NCBI GenBank assembly: GCA_038736665.1
Contig: JAVYMF010000002.1
Span: 1 to 36,028 of the forward strand
Reading direction: 5' to 3'
Length of the DNA: 36,028 nucleotides
DNA from: an archaeon
GTDB lineage: Archaea; B1Sed10-29; JAJRYS01
Each line of letters begins with the position of its first letter. Positions within the stretch are counted from its first letter, which is position 1. This document shows, one piece after another, positions 25,392 through 33,694 of this stretch. The translations under genes were made by a program, and so were the position numbers. A model generated the notes under the pieces. That model made no database searches and was not told the DNA's origin. It was given only the letters and a program-made list of their open reading frames with translations.

Positions 25392-26396
25392 GTGAATATT
25401 TACTCGTCGAAGCATTATAAACTCTTGCTGATACTGCCAGTGGTAATGCTTTTTGTGTCCTTGTTTTTCGCGGCGCGCGTAGAATACGGCATCGACCTGA
25501 AAGGAGGCATGCTCATAACCGCGCCTTTAGGCTCCAAGGACCTGTCGTCAGCCGATTTGGAGCAGGCGCTATCGTCAAAGTTCGAGCTTGAGGATCTGAA
25601 TGTTCGCAGGATTTCAGGAGGTACGAGCGGGTATTACATAGAAACAACAGGGGAGAAGACTTTATTGAGAGCTTCCAGGGCTATTGAAGCCAAGGATTAC
25701 TCTTCAGTGATTTCCCTGTCGAAAAAGTTCACAGGAGAGCTGTACGTCGGAAACCTTGACCAGGCTGGCCAGGCCGACGCGTATTTCGCCAAAGCGCGCG
25801 AGAACTTCAAAAACGAGCTGACTTCTTACTTGTCAGCCGAATTAGGAGTGGCGCCGAACTCCCTCTCCATCCAAGATATAGGCCCGTCGCTGGGCTCTTT
25901 TTTCATGGGACAGGCCACGACCGCCATAATCATAGCTTTTTTCCTTATTTCATTGCTTGTGTTTTACTACTTCAAGAACATCGTCGTCTCGTTTGCGACT
26001 GTCCAGTCTGCTTTCGTCGACGCTCTGCTCGGCTACGCGGTGCTGGGAATGTTCGGAATACCCTTGTCTATAGTGACTGTCGCCCCCCTCCTGATGCTTA
26101 TCGGCTATTCTGTGGACACTGACGTGATGCTGAGCGACAGGATGATTAAGAGAAAAACAGGCACTCCGGCTGAGCGGGCAGCCGGCGCGATGAAAACAGG
26201 CCTGACAATGTCTCTGACGGCGATTTTCGTGATGCTTTCGCTTCTCGTTGTTTCTTGGTATGCGAACATCACCGTGCTTTACCAGATTTCGCTTATCCTG
26301 GCCATCGGCCTGGCGGGGGACATAATTGCGACGTGGTGCACCAACGCCGTCATAATACTCTGGTACTTGGAAAGAAAAGAGAGGGTTAAAGCATGA
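25392..26396 (+). CDS. secF: Protein translocase subunit SecF
   Basis: GIDLKGG, IGPSLG, LMLIGYSVDTD, six TMs; GTG 25392 after AAGGTG. Confidence 0.92.
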   Translation: MNIYSSKHYKLLLILPVVMLFVSLFFAARVEYGIDLKGGMLITAPLGSKDLSSADLEQALSSKFELEDLNVRRISGGTSGYYIETTGEKTLLRASRAIEAKDYSSVISLSKKFTGELYVGNLDQAGQADAYFAKARENFKNELTSYLSAELGVAPNSLSIQDIGPSLGSFFMGQATTAIIIAFFLISLLVFYYFKNIVVSFATVQSAFVDALLGYAVLGMFGIPLSIVTVAPLLMLIGYSVDTDVMLSDRMIKRKTGTPAERAAGAMKTGLTMSLTAIFVMLSLLVVSWYANITVLYQISLILAIGLAGDIIATWCTNAVIILWYLERKERVKA

Positions 26397-27934
26397 GCAG
26401 CGTCTTGAAAAACAGGAAAGTCATGATTGCCGTCGCGTGCTTCGTGCTGCTTGGGATAGCCCCGCTTGCGTTCAAGGGGCTGCAGTACGGCATGGACTTC
26501 AGCGGAGGGACGCTGATCCAGATCAACCTTGACATGACTAAGAACGAAACAGTAGACTCGCAGACAGTAGTTTCTGTCTTGCAGAACCGCCTTAACTCTT
26601 ACGGCCTTAAGGACGTTTCGATAAAGCCGTGGGGCAATCCTGTTTCGTATATCATCGTTGAAATCGCCGAAACAGACCCGGCGGCTATCAACGAAATCCA
26701 GTCCATCATCGGCCAACAGGGGAAGTTTGAAACGCTGTTCAACTGTAAAGTTGTGCTGTCAGGCAAGGACGTGATTTCCGTGTTGACTGACCCGCAGCAG
26801 GGCTACCGTTTGACTGCGGCGCAGACAGGAGTTCAGTGGTCTGTTCCGTTCCTAGTGTCCGCTGAAGGCGCTGAAGGAATGGCCAAGGAGATTGAAGGGA
26901 AATGCAGCACGCCGCAGGCCGAAAACTGCCCGGAAACGCTTTACATGTTCATTGACAGGCCTGAGAACGCCGTTCTTGTCATTCCTAGCGAAATCGCCAA
27001 CGCCGAGGCGTCGATACCAGAGGGATTGGTCAAATCAGACACAACCGCCAGAAGCGTTCCTCTGGAGGATATCATAAGGAATTCCGACGCCAGTTTCATT
27101 ATAAGCGATTTCGTGACCACCGACGTGCTTAACAAGACGGCAGGCAAGACTGTTATCATCCCCCCGGGCTTCTTTAACGAGTCCGAATTTTCTTCCGCTG
27201 AAAAAGTTGTCGTGAAGCAGAAAATAGGAGATTACTGGGTTGCAGACGCCTTGAACTTGGAGAATATTGTCCACCTGACGCCTGGCGTGACCGCAGGAAA
27301 GCCTATCACGCAGCCTTTAATCACGGGATACGCGCCAACGCAGGAGCAGGCCAAAAAAGAGATGGAGAGGGTCGTGATACTGCTTAAATCAGGAAAACTG
27401 CCTGTCAGCGTTTCAGTGGGCAGCGTTTCTACGATCTCCCCTTCTCTTGGTTCGGAATTCCTGGTGTACAGCGTTTACGCCGGGCTTATCGCGATGGTCG
27501 TGGTTGCCGTGTGCCTGTTTGTCAGGTATAAGAGCCCGAAGGTTACGACGCCGATTCTCATCACGCTTGTTTTTGAGATTACGATGACTCTCGGCATAGC
27601 TTCGCTTATCGGCTGGCAGATGGACCTGCCTTCAGTCGCAGGAATCATCGCCGCGATAGGAACTGGAATAGACGACCAGATAGTCATAGTCGACGAAGTC
27701 CGAAGGAAGGAGCGCGAAGAAGAAGAGGCGGCGAGCATAGCTTCAAAGATAAAAAGGGCGTTTTCTATCGTGTTCATGGCGGCAGGACTGCACATTTTCG
27801 CGATGATTCCCTTGCTTTTCATGGGCCTGGGCGTGCTGAAGGGCTTCGCAATAACGACAATAATCGGCGTTCTCGTTGGCGTACTCATCACGAGGCCGGC
27901 TTACGGCGCAATAGTGGACAGGTTCGCGAAGTAA
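26393..27934 (+). CDS. secD: Protein translocase subunit SecD
   Basis: GMDFSGGT, RLNSYGL, LKSGKLP, ISPSLG, GTGIDDQIVI, GFAITT, TRPAY. Confidence 0.94.
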   Translation: MSSVLKNRKVMIAVACFVLLGIAPLAFKGLQYGMDFSGGTLIQINLDMTKNETVDSQTVVSVLQNRLNSYGLKDVSIKPWGNPVSYIIVEIAETDPAAINEIQSIIGQQGKFETLFNCKVVLSGKDVISVLTDPQQGYRLTAAQTGVQWSVPFLVSAEGAEGMAKEIEGKCSTPQAENCPETLYMFIDRPENAVLVIPSEIANAEASIPEGLVKSDTTARSVPLEDIIRNSDASFIISDFVTTDVLNKTAGKTVIIPPGFFNESEFSSAEKVVVKQKIGDYWVADALNLENIVHLTPGVTAGKPITQPLITGYAPTQEQAKKEMERVVILLKSGKLPVSVSVGSVSTISPSLGSEFLVYSVYAGLIAMVVVAVCLFVRYKSPKVTTPILITLVFEITMTLGIASLIGWQMDLPSVAGIIAAIGTGIDDQIVIVDEVRRKEREEEEAASIASKIKRAFSIVFMAAGLHIFAMIPLLFMGLGVLKGFAITTIIGVLVGVLITRPAYGAIVDRFAK

Positions 27935-28002
27935 ACCGCTACCGGCAATGCTGTATACGCTGAAACGCGGTTTTATAAACTCTTCCTGCTTTTTCATCTT
28001 TC

Positions 28003-28707
28003 ATGAAGAGAATTCAGTCAGGAATTCCTGGGCTGGATGGGCTGATTGAAGGGGGATTTCCGCATCCTTCGTCAATACTCCTTACGGGGCCAACAGGCAG
28101 CGCTAAGACAGTGCTGGGACTGCAGTTTTTGTACAAGGGAGCTTCCGAGCTGAACGAGCCCGGCTTCATGGTGGACATAGCCGGCTATAGCACGACACTG
28201 CAGTGGTATTCTGAAAAGTTCTCGTGGGACATCGCCAAGCTGCAGCAGAAAGGAAAGCTGGTGTTCTCTTCGTACGACCCGATCGATTTCGAGAAGTTCG
28301 AGTTCAGGACTCTTCATTCTGAAATCATCGTCCAGTTGGGAAAAATAATAGACCAGATAGGAGCGAAGCGCGTGGTTATTGACTCAATAACGCCGTTAGG
28401 CCAGTCCATCAACGACCAGGCGAAGTTCCGTACTCTCTTGTATTACTTGTCCCGCGCTTTGAAAGACAAGGGTTGCACGACCCTTTTCATCGCTGAGACG
28501 CGCGGGCAGGATTTGACGCAGTTCGGCGTGGAGCAGCATGTCATGGATGGCGTGCTTGAGATGTCGCTTACGCAAAAGAGCCCCGCAGAAGGCGTGCTGA
28601 GCCACACGATAATGGTCCGCAAGATGCTGGCCACAGAGTTCCCGATAGCGAGATATCTCGTTGATTTCGGCGAAAGCGGCGTTCAGCTGGCAACTGGTTA
28701 TTATTAA
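28003..28707 (+). CDS. KaiC-like / RAD55-family ATPase (degenerate motifs)
   Basis: SGIPGLD.LIEGG, Walker A GPTGSAKT, QFLYKGA, Walker B RVVIDS, DGVLE. Confidence 0.85.
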   Translation: MKRIQSGIPGLDGLIEGGFPHPSSILLTGPTGSAKTVLGLQFLYKGASELNEPGFMVDIAGYSTTLQWYSEKFSWDIAKLQQKGKLVFSSYDPIDFEKFEFRTLHSEIIVQLGKIIDQIGAKRVVIDSITPLGQSINDQAKFRTLLYYLSRALKDKGCTTLFIAETRGQDLTQFGVEQHVMDGVLEMSLTQKSPAEGVLSHTIMVRKMLATEFPIARYLVDFGESGVQLATGYY

Positions 28708-28727
28708 TTCTTCAGTTAAAAAAGCAG

Positions 28728-28800
28728 TAGTCCCGGGCGGATTCGAACCGCCGCCCCTGGATCCAAAGTCCAGGATCCTTAGCCACTAGACGACGGGACT
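28728..28800 (-). tRNA. tRNA-Gln(TTG), no intron, CCA not encoded
   Basis: Reverse complement AGTCCCGTCGTCTAGTGGCTAAGGATCCTGGACTTTGGATCCAGGGGCGGCGGTTCGAATCCGCCCGGGACTA; archaeal A1-U72 pair; TATATAAG about 32 nt upstream. Confidence 0.96.
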
Positions 28801-28891
28801 GTTTTTCGCATTCGCTGGTGCTCACAGCTTTCTTATATACCATCTAACCATACGCCCAGTGGGCTGGGCCCACTAGACGACGGGACTGTTT
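28783..28891. repeat. 22-bp exact direct repeat (28783-28804 and 28870-28891) duplicating the tRNA-Gln 5' end
   Basis: CCACTAGACGACGGGACTGTTT occurs twice, 87 bp apart. Confidence 0.95.
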
Positions 28892-28915
28892 CCGCTGTTA
28901 ATTCTGTCGTTTGCT

Positions 28916-29599
28916 TTATATTAGCGCTCCTATGAGCATTCCGAGTACTGCGCCGACCACAGTGGCCAGCAGGTTTGTCGTTGAGTTCCCCCACCATCCA
29001 CGGTTCTCGAAAACCGCTCCCAAGTAAGAGTCCGCGAAATTACCCAGCATCCCCGCCACGACGGCAATCACCAGCGTCTTGGGCGAAGGGAGAATCGCCA
29101 GCGACACGAGCCCTATGGCGAGTGCAGTCATGAATCCCCAGAAAGTCCCAAAGAGGGATATCGCGCCGTTCATTCCAGTGCGCGCAGGCGAAAAATCCGT
29201 TATCATGACAGGCCGCTCGCGCGACGTCACGCCAATTTCTGACGAAACAGTGTCGGAAGCCGCCGCGGCCATAGCGCCTATGAAGCCGTGGATTCCTGCT
29301 GGCCCACCGAGCACGGCCATGAACATAGCCACTCCGCCGTTTGACATGACGTTTTTCGAACCGCGGATTTTCTGCATGAGCTTCATTTTTTCCTTTCGTT
29401 CTTCCTTGTAGCGGGTTGCTGCGGTCCCTATCACGAAGAAGGCGAGCATCACTGCGAACCAGTACACGTTCTGGGTTATAAATATTATGTAAGTCATCAG
29501 CAGAGCCGAAATCGCTCCCATGAAGTTCAGCGACTTGCTTTCCAGACCGATGACCACTATGAAGAGGGGAAGCGCGTACTGAATCAGGGCCCAGTCCAT
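28916..29599 (-). CDS. DUF92 (TMEM19) family membrane protein
   Basis: RGSKNVMSNG, AASDTVSSEIG, GMNGAISLFG, DSYLGA, N.TTNL. Confidence 0.9.
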   Translation of the reverse strand: MDWALIQYALPLFIVVIGLESKSLNFMGAISALLMTYIIFITQNVYWFAVMLAFFVIGTAATRYKEERKEKMKLMQKIRGSKNVMSNGGVAMFMAVLGGPAGIHGFIGAMAAAASDTVSSEIGVTSRERPVMITDFSPARTGMNGAISLFGTFWGFMTALAIGLVSLAILPSPKTLVIAVVAGMLGNFADSYLGAVFENRGWWGNSTTNLLATVVGAVLGMLIGALI

Positions 29600-29600
29600 T

Positions 29601-30194
29601 TTATTTTCCTCTCACGAACTTGAGCTTTGACACTTCTACGCGCTTTATCGGGCACACGGCTTTTGTTTCCCTGAGTATTTCCGTGGGCGTGGTTCCGAAA
29701 ACGCATTTCTGTATGAGTTCCTCTGCTGTGTTTTCAGGTATTTGCTTCGAGAGGTACTCGTTCATCAGCCTGCGTATCTCGTCTTTCTTTGTGGTGTCCA
29801 CTTTGCGGCCGGTGAAAACGTAAGCTGTCAGGCGTATTTTTTTACCGTCTTTCGTTGTACCATCTTTGATAAGCTTTACTATGCTGCGGTGCCTTCTTAT
29901 GTTCCTGCGAAGATACTCGGAGACGAGCTCGAATCCTTCCAGTGTTGTGTGCGCCGTCTTCCCTTTTACTTCGGTTATCCTAAGCCACATTTTGACGAAC
30001 TGGTGGTTCATATTTCCCGTTATGTCGCGCAGCGGAACGCGGAGCACGCGATTTAGCAGGTTTTTCTCGTCAGAGGCCACTGTTGTGGTTATCTCTTTTT
30101 CTTCGAATACTTTCGGTGCTGCTATTGTGTACCATTCTTTTTTCTTCCACGTGTCGACTGTCTTCCTTTTCTTTATTTTCTTTTCTTCTGCCAT
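29601..30194 (-). CDS. rps3ae: 30S ribosomal protein S3Ae (eS1)
   Basis: DTWKKKEWYTIAAP.VF, TKDG, PIKRVEVSK. Confidence 0.95.
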   Translation of the reverse strand: MAEEKKIKKRKTVDTWKKKEWYTIAAPKVFEEKEITTTVASDEKNLLNRVLRVPLRDITGNMNHQFVKMWLRITEVKGKTAHTTLEGFELVSEYLRRNIRRHRSIVKLIKDGTTKDGKKIRLTAYVFTGRKVDTTKKDEIRRLMNEYLSKQIPENTAEELIQKCVFGTTPTEILRETKAVCPIKRVEVSKLKFVRGK

Positions 30195-30199
30195 GATTA

Positions 30200-30658
30200 T
30201 CACTCTTTGATTAACAGAGCTGCCTCTTCTGGCTTGTAGTGCCAGTCTTTCGGCACGCGTCCTGTTGTTTTGTAGTAGTTTACGAGCCTTTTTATCTTTG
30301 ATTCGGTGAGCTGAAGCCTTCTCGCGTTTATTTTGTCAGCCTTGTTAGAGTCCAAGTGGCGCTTCAGCCTTACAGCTTTCTTGAACAGGTTCATCAGGTC
30401 CTCGGGCCATTTCGGGAGAAGTTTTTCGGCGCTCAGTATTTTCGACACGGATTTTCCAGTGATTGCTTTCACGCTCGGGATGCCGTACTGGTCGCGCAGT
30501 ATTCCGCCAATCTCTGATATTGGCTTTCCTTCTTTGAACAGTTTGACGACCAATTCGTTTATTTCTTCTTTTGAATACTGTATCCATTCCGGCTTCACTT
30601 TTGCAGGTGGCCTTGTAGAGCCGGATTTTCCTTTTTTTCTAGCGTGCATTCTCGCCAT
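30200..30658 (-). CDS. rps15: 30S ribosomal protein S15 (uS15)
   Basis: MARMHARKKGKSGS, LRDQYGIP, PEDL, ESKIKRLVNYY; SD GAGGT before ATG 30658. Confidence 0.97.
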   Translation of the reverse strand: MARMHARKKGKSGSTRPPAKVKPEWIQYSKEEINELVVKLFKEGKPISEIGGILRDQYGIPSVKAITGKSVSKILSAEKLLPKWPEDLMNLFKKAVRLKRHLDSNKADKINARRLQLTESKIKRLVNYYKTTGRVPKDWHYKPEEAALLIKE

Positions 30659-30678
30659 TCTGATACCTCTCTTGTTTT

Positions 30679-30726
30679 TTGCGCGACAGGCTCGGACGTG
30701 TTCCGCATCCGCCCTCATTTGCGCAA
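30679..30726 (-). promoter_or_regulatory. Candidate structured 5' leader of rps15
   Basis: Nested stems TTGCGC/GCGCAA and CGGATG/CGTCCG in a roughly 120-nt leader behind TTTATAAA (about 30794-30801). Confidence 0.45.
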
Positions 30727-30803
30727 TTATGCTGAATAAGGAAACACTCTCTCATTTTTCGATAATCAGCGCTGAATATTGTCATTTGACTGGTTTATAA
30801 ACG

Positions 30804-31403
30804 TTAATGCTCCGCGTAGCGGGCGCGTTTTTCAATTTCTTCTGTTTTTTTCAGCACTTCCCCGTCAGCGTATGCTTTTTTGAAAGCGCCCCATATCTCG
30901 TCAAAGTAGCGCCAGTGGGTTGATTTCAGCATTTTCTTTAGGACGAGCACGTCGACGGCTTTGTCTTCTAGCGAGTGGGAATTGTATGCTAGGCCGAAGT
31001 CTATGAAGTAAAGCTCGCCGCCTGCGTCGATGATGTTTGACGTCGTCAAATCCCCGTGAATCAGCCCCGCGTCGTGAAGGCTGCGCACGGCTTCGCCTAT
31101 TTTCTCGCTCGTCTCGCGTATTTTTTTCCCTTTGTAGAAAGCGTCCCGGACTTTCTCGCCACTAATGTGCTCCATTGTTATGCTCATTTTTTTGTCATTC
31201 ACGTCGAGGATGTAAGGAGTTTTAACGGCGCGCCTCGCCTCTATAAGCATCAGGGCTTCTTTTTTCACGCGCGCGCGGCGGATGCGCTCGTCTATCTCCT
31301 TTATTCTGTATGTTTTTGGTACTCGGCGCTTCTCAACTGCATCTATCCCTAGGTAAGTTGTACGCCATAATTCTGCTTCTGCGCCCTTGTAAATCATTTC
31401 CAT
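30804..31403 (-). CDS. bud32: KEOPS kinase Bud32
   Basis: KGAEA, K.R.PK.YR, IHGDLTTSN, FIDFGL, EDKAVD, RARY. Confidence 0.95.
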   Translation of the reverse strand: MEMIYKGAEAELWRTTYLGIDAVEKRRVPKTYRIKEIDERIRRARVKKEALMLIEARRAVKTPYILDVNDKKMSITMEHISGEKVRDAFYKGKKIRETSEKIGEAVRSLHDAGLIHGDLTTSNIIDAGGELYFIDFGLAYNSHSLEDKAVDVLVLKKMLKSTHWRYFDEIWGAFKKAYADGEVLKKTEEIEKRARYAEH

Positions 31404-31473
31404 AGCCTTATTATACCCCGGTTTGTTTATATTAGTTGGAGTAATTGTTTTCAGAGCAAGGAAGAGGATTAGA

Positions 31474-32262
31474 ATGGTTGTGATGCTTAAGGACGAGTTC
31501 TTGTTTATTTACAAACGATTGAACTCGCCGAAAGACGCAGAGATGTTGCATGAAAGAATGGGTCTGCCGTACGACATGCTTTTCAACGTTTTGGCGAAGA
31601 AGATAACCCGCGAGACTACACGCAATTTTTACAGGGTTAAGGCGAAGTCATCGCATTACCTGCGCCAGTGGAAGCGCGGCGATTCGTTCGTTAAAATTGC
31701 CAAGCAGGAAAATTTTCCACCCGTTCTGATGGCGACGTTTATTTTGGAGAAAGCAGGATTGTCAAAAAAGAGGATAAGGGAGCTCATCAAGAATCCTGAT
31801 CTTTCGCAGGACAAGCGCGTCGCGCGGGAGCTGAAGGCCGCCGAGGAAGAGGATTTTGTGTACTCGCCGAAGTCCACTGAGCACCAGCAAAAAAACGGGA
31901 AACGCTCAGAAGGGGGAATAAAGGAGTGGCTTGACGAAAGAGGCATCAAGTACATGACTGAATACGAGAATCGCGAGCTTGAGCATCACAGGCGCACGCC
32001 AGATTTCCTGCTTGAAAAGCCGTTATTGTGGAACGGGAAGAAACTGCACTGGATTGAGAGCAAGGCTTCGTTCGGAGACGAGAGCGAGATAAAAAGGGAT
32101 TACAAGAAGCAGCTGAGCGATTATGTGAAATTTTTCGGCTACGGTGCAGTGGTTTACTGGTACGGCTACGTGCTGGATCACGGTTTCACCGAAGTGATGG
32201 TTCTGACAAAAGAAGACTTTAAGACAGAGAAAAAAGAGAAGCCTTCTTCTAAGGAATCGTGA
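31474..32262 (+). CDS. C15orf41/CDIN1 (TPD domain) family putative nuclease
   Basis: W..G.SF..IA...FPP, RTPDFLL, WIESKASFG, Q...Y...FG.GAVVYWYG; start 31474 or 31483. Confidence 0.85.
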   Translation: MVVMLKDEFLFIYKRLNSPKDAEMLHERMGLPYDMLFNVLAKKITRETTRNFYRVKAKSSHYLRQWKRGDSFVKIAKQENFPPVLMATFILEKAGLSKKRIRELIKNPDLSQDKRVARELKAAEEEDFVYSPKSTEHQQKNGKRSEGGIKEWLDERGIKYMTEYENRELEHHRRTPDFLLEKPLLWNGKKLHWIESKASFGDESEIKRDYKKQLSDYVKFFGYGAVVYWYGYVLDHGFTEVMVLTKEDFKTEKKEKPSSKES

Positions 32263-32301
32263 AAAAATGGTTAGCCCTGTGCGTTCAGCAGGACGTTGCT
32301 G

Positions 32302-32562
32302 TTATGCCGCTTGTATTTGTTTCAGCAAGTCTTCCCTGTGAATGCCTTCAAGGACGAGCCCTTCGTCCGACTCGTGCACTGTTATTTTTATTTTTTCTTT
32401 CAGGTTGAGTTCTGAGCCGAGGCTTATCAGGAACACTCCGAATGTTGCAAGCAGCACTACGTCCTCTATTCCCAGTTTCCCGTTGAAGAAGCATTGGATT
32501 GCGATGCTTCCGCACAGGGCGCCGAGAGCCTTCAGCAGAGTTTGTGCTGCGAATTTCCCCAC
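32302..32562 (-). CDS. Small two-TM membrane protein
   Basis: Two hydrophobic segments followed by a charged tail; a perfect SD AAGGAGGTG overlaps the GTG; exact start uncertain. Confidence 0.6.
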   Translation of the reverse strand: MGKFAAQTLLKALGALCGSIAIQCFFNGKLGIEDVVLLATFGVFLISLGSELNLKEKIKITVHESDEGLVLEGIHREDLLKQIQAA

Positions 32563-32770
32563 CTCCTTTTTTATACGTATTTTTCAGAGATAATTAGGGG
32601 TCCCAGTTTCCTAACTATCCCGATGTATTATGCCTCCCAAAGAGATAAACCTTCCCAAACAAAAGCACTTTATTTAATAATTTATGAGTGCATTTAAGCA
32701 ATATTCGTTTCTTGTCGTAGTATTTGGCTGAAAATAGTATTTTATATTTGTTCATTCAAATAATTATTGC

Positions 32771-33694
32771 ATGACTGTTTCGCTGTCTGATGTTGACAAG
32801 AGAATCCTTAGTTTTATGATTTACGATGGCGCTCATTTTTCAGAGCATGAGATGGCAAAGCGCCTAAAGCTGAGCCAGACTACTGTAAACTACAACATAC
32901 GCTCTTTGCGCGAGAGAGGAGTTATTCTAGGGTACAAGTACCGAGTCGACCCTGCCAAAGTGGGTTATCCTTTAATGGTGTGGTTTTTCGGGGAGTTCGG
33001 CGAAAAAGTTGACGTCGACAGAATCGTGGCAAAGCTTTTTTCTCACGGCAATATTTTCGACGTTCTTGTCATGACAGGCCATTATGACATAGTTCTGAAA
33101 GCTTATTTCAGAAGTAGGGAGGATATTGACGGCTTGCTGACATGGATAGGCAACGAGCTCAAAGGGCAAGTAAGAAGGATTTCAGCGGCAATAGTCACCA
33201 GTGTCCACAAAATCCACCAGAAACCACCTTGCAAGGACAGCGTTTTTGTTTCAAGGAACGAAAGAATGGTGATGAGCATGAAAATCGCCGACCCCTCACT
33301 TTCAATGAGCGAAATCGCGAAAAAAACAGGAATGCACAGGAACACTGTCGCGTCCTGCTGGAAAAGCCTGTGGGAGAAGAAAGTGCTGCTGAAAAAATCG
33401 CCTATCATAAACCCGGATTATTTTTCGGAATTAGGGATAAGCTTCAAAGCCATTGTCCTCATAGACGCGGTCATCGGCAAGAAAGAAAAAGCCGTAAATT
33501 ACTTGGCTGGCTTAAAAGAAGTGCATGAGCTTACTTCAATTGCTTACGAGAACGACCTTCTTGCGGTAATGAGGGTGGATTCTCTTCACAGCTCTTACAA
33601 GCTTGTCAGAGAAATAAACTCTAAGGATTTCATTTCTGCGACTGAAACGTATCCGGTGTTCGTGTCTTTCACGAAAAACGTCGGGCCTGCGTGA
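32771..33694 (+). CDS. Tandem (double) Lrp/AsnC family transcriptional regulator
   Basis: Two HTH+RAM units: LSDVDKRIL...MAKRLKLSQTTV...GVILGY and SMSEIAKKTGMHRNTV...INP; TGHYDI. Confidence 0.88.
   Translation: MTVSLSDVDKRILSFMIYDGAHFSEHEMAKRLKLSQTTVNYNIRSLRERGVILGYKYRVDPAKVGYPLMVWFFGEFGEKVDVDRIVAKLFSHGNIFDVLVMTGHYDIVLKAYFRSREDIDGLLTWIGNELKGQVRRISAAIVTSVHKIHQKPPCKDSVFVSRNERMVMSMKIADPSLSMSEIAKKTGMHRNTVASCWKSLWEKKVLLKKSPIINPDYFSELGISFKAIVLIDAVIGKKEKAVNYLAGLKEVHELTSIAYENDLLAVMRVDSLHSSYKLVREINSKDFISATETYPVFVSFTKNVGPA

Noticed and set aside
25257-25415. 159-bp coding overlap of trmI and secF implied by the ORF track
   Set aside because: The extensions are non-homologous; starts at 25391 and 25392 fit the family N-termini and SD/TATA positions.
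28805-28869. Intact integrated element or tRNA intron between the tRNA-Gln repeats
   Set aside because: Only 65 bp, containing the tRNA's TATA box; no integrase nearby and no convincing bulge-helix-bulge.
30727-30790. C/D box sRNA (ATGA...CTGA) upstream of rps15
   Set aside because: Box C matches are poor (ATGACAA, ATGAGAG) and there is no terminal D box at a suitable distance.
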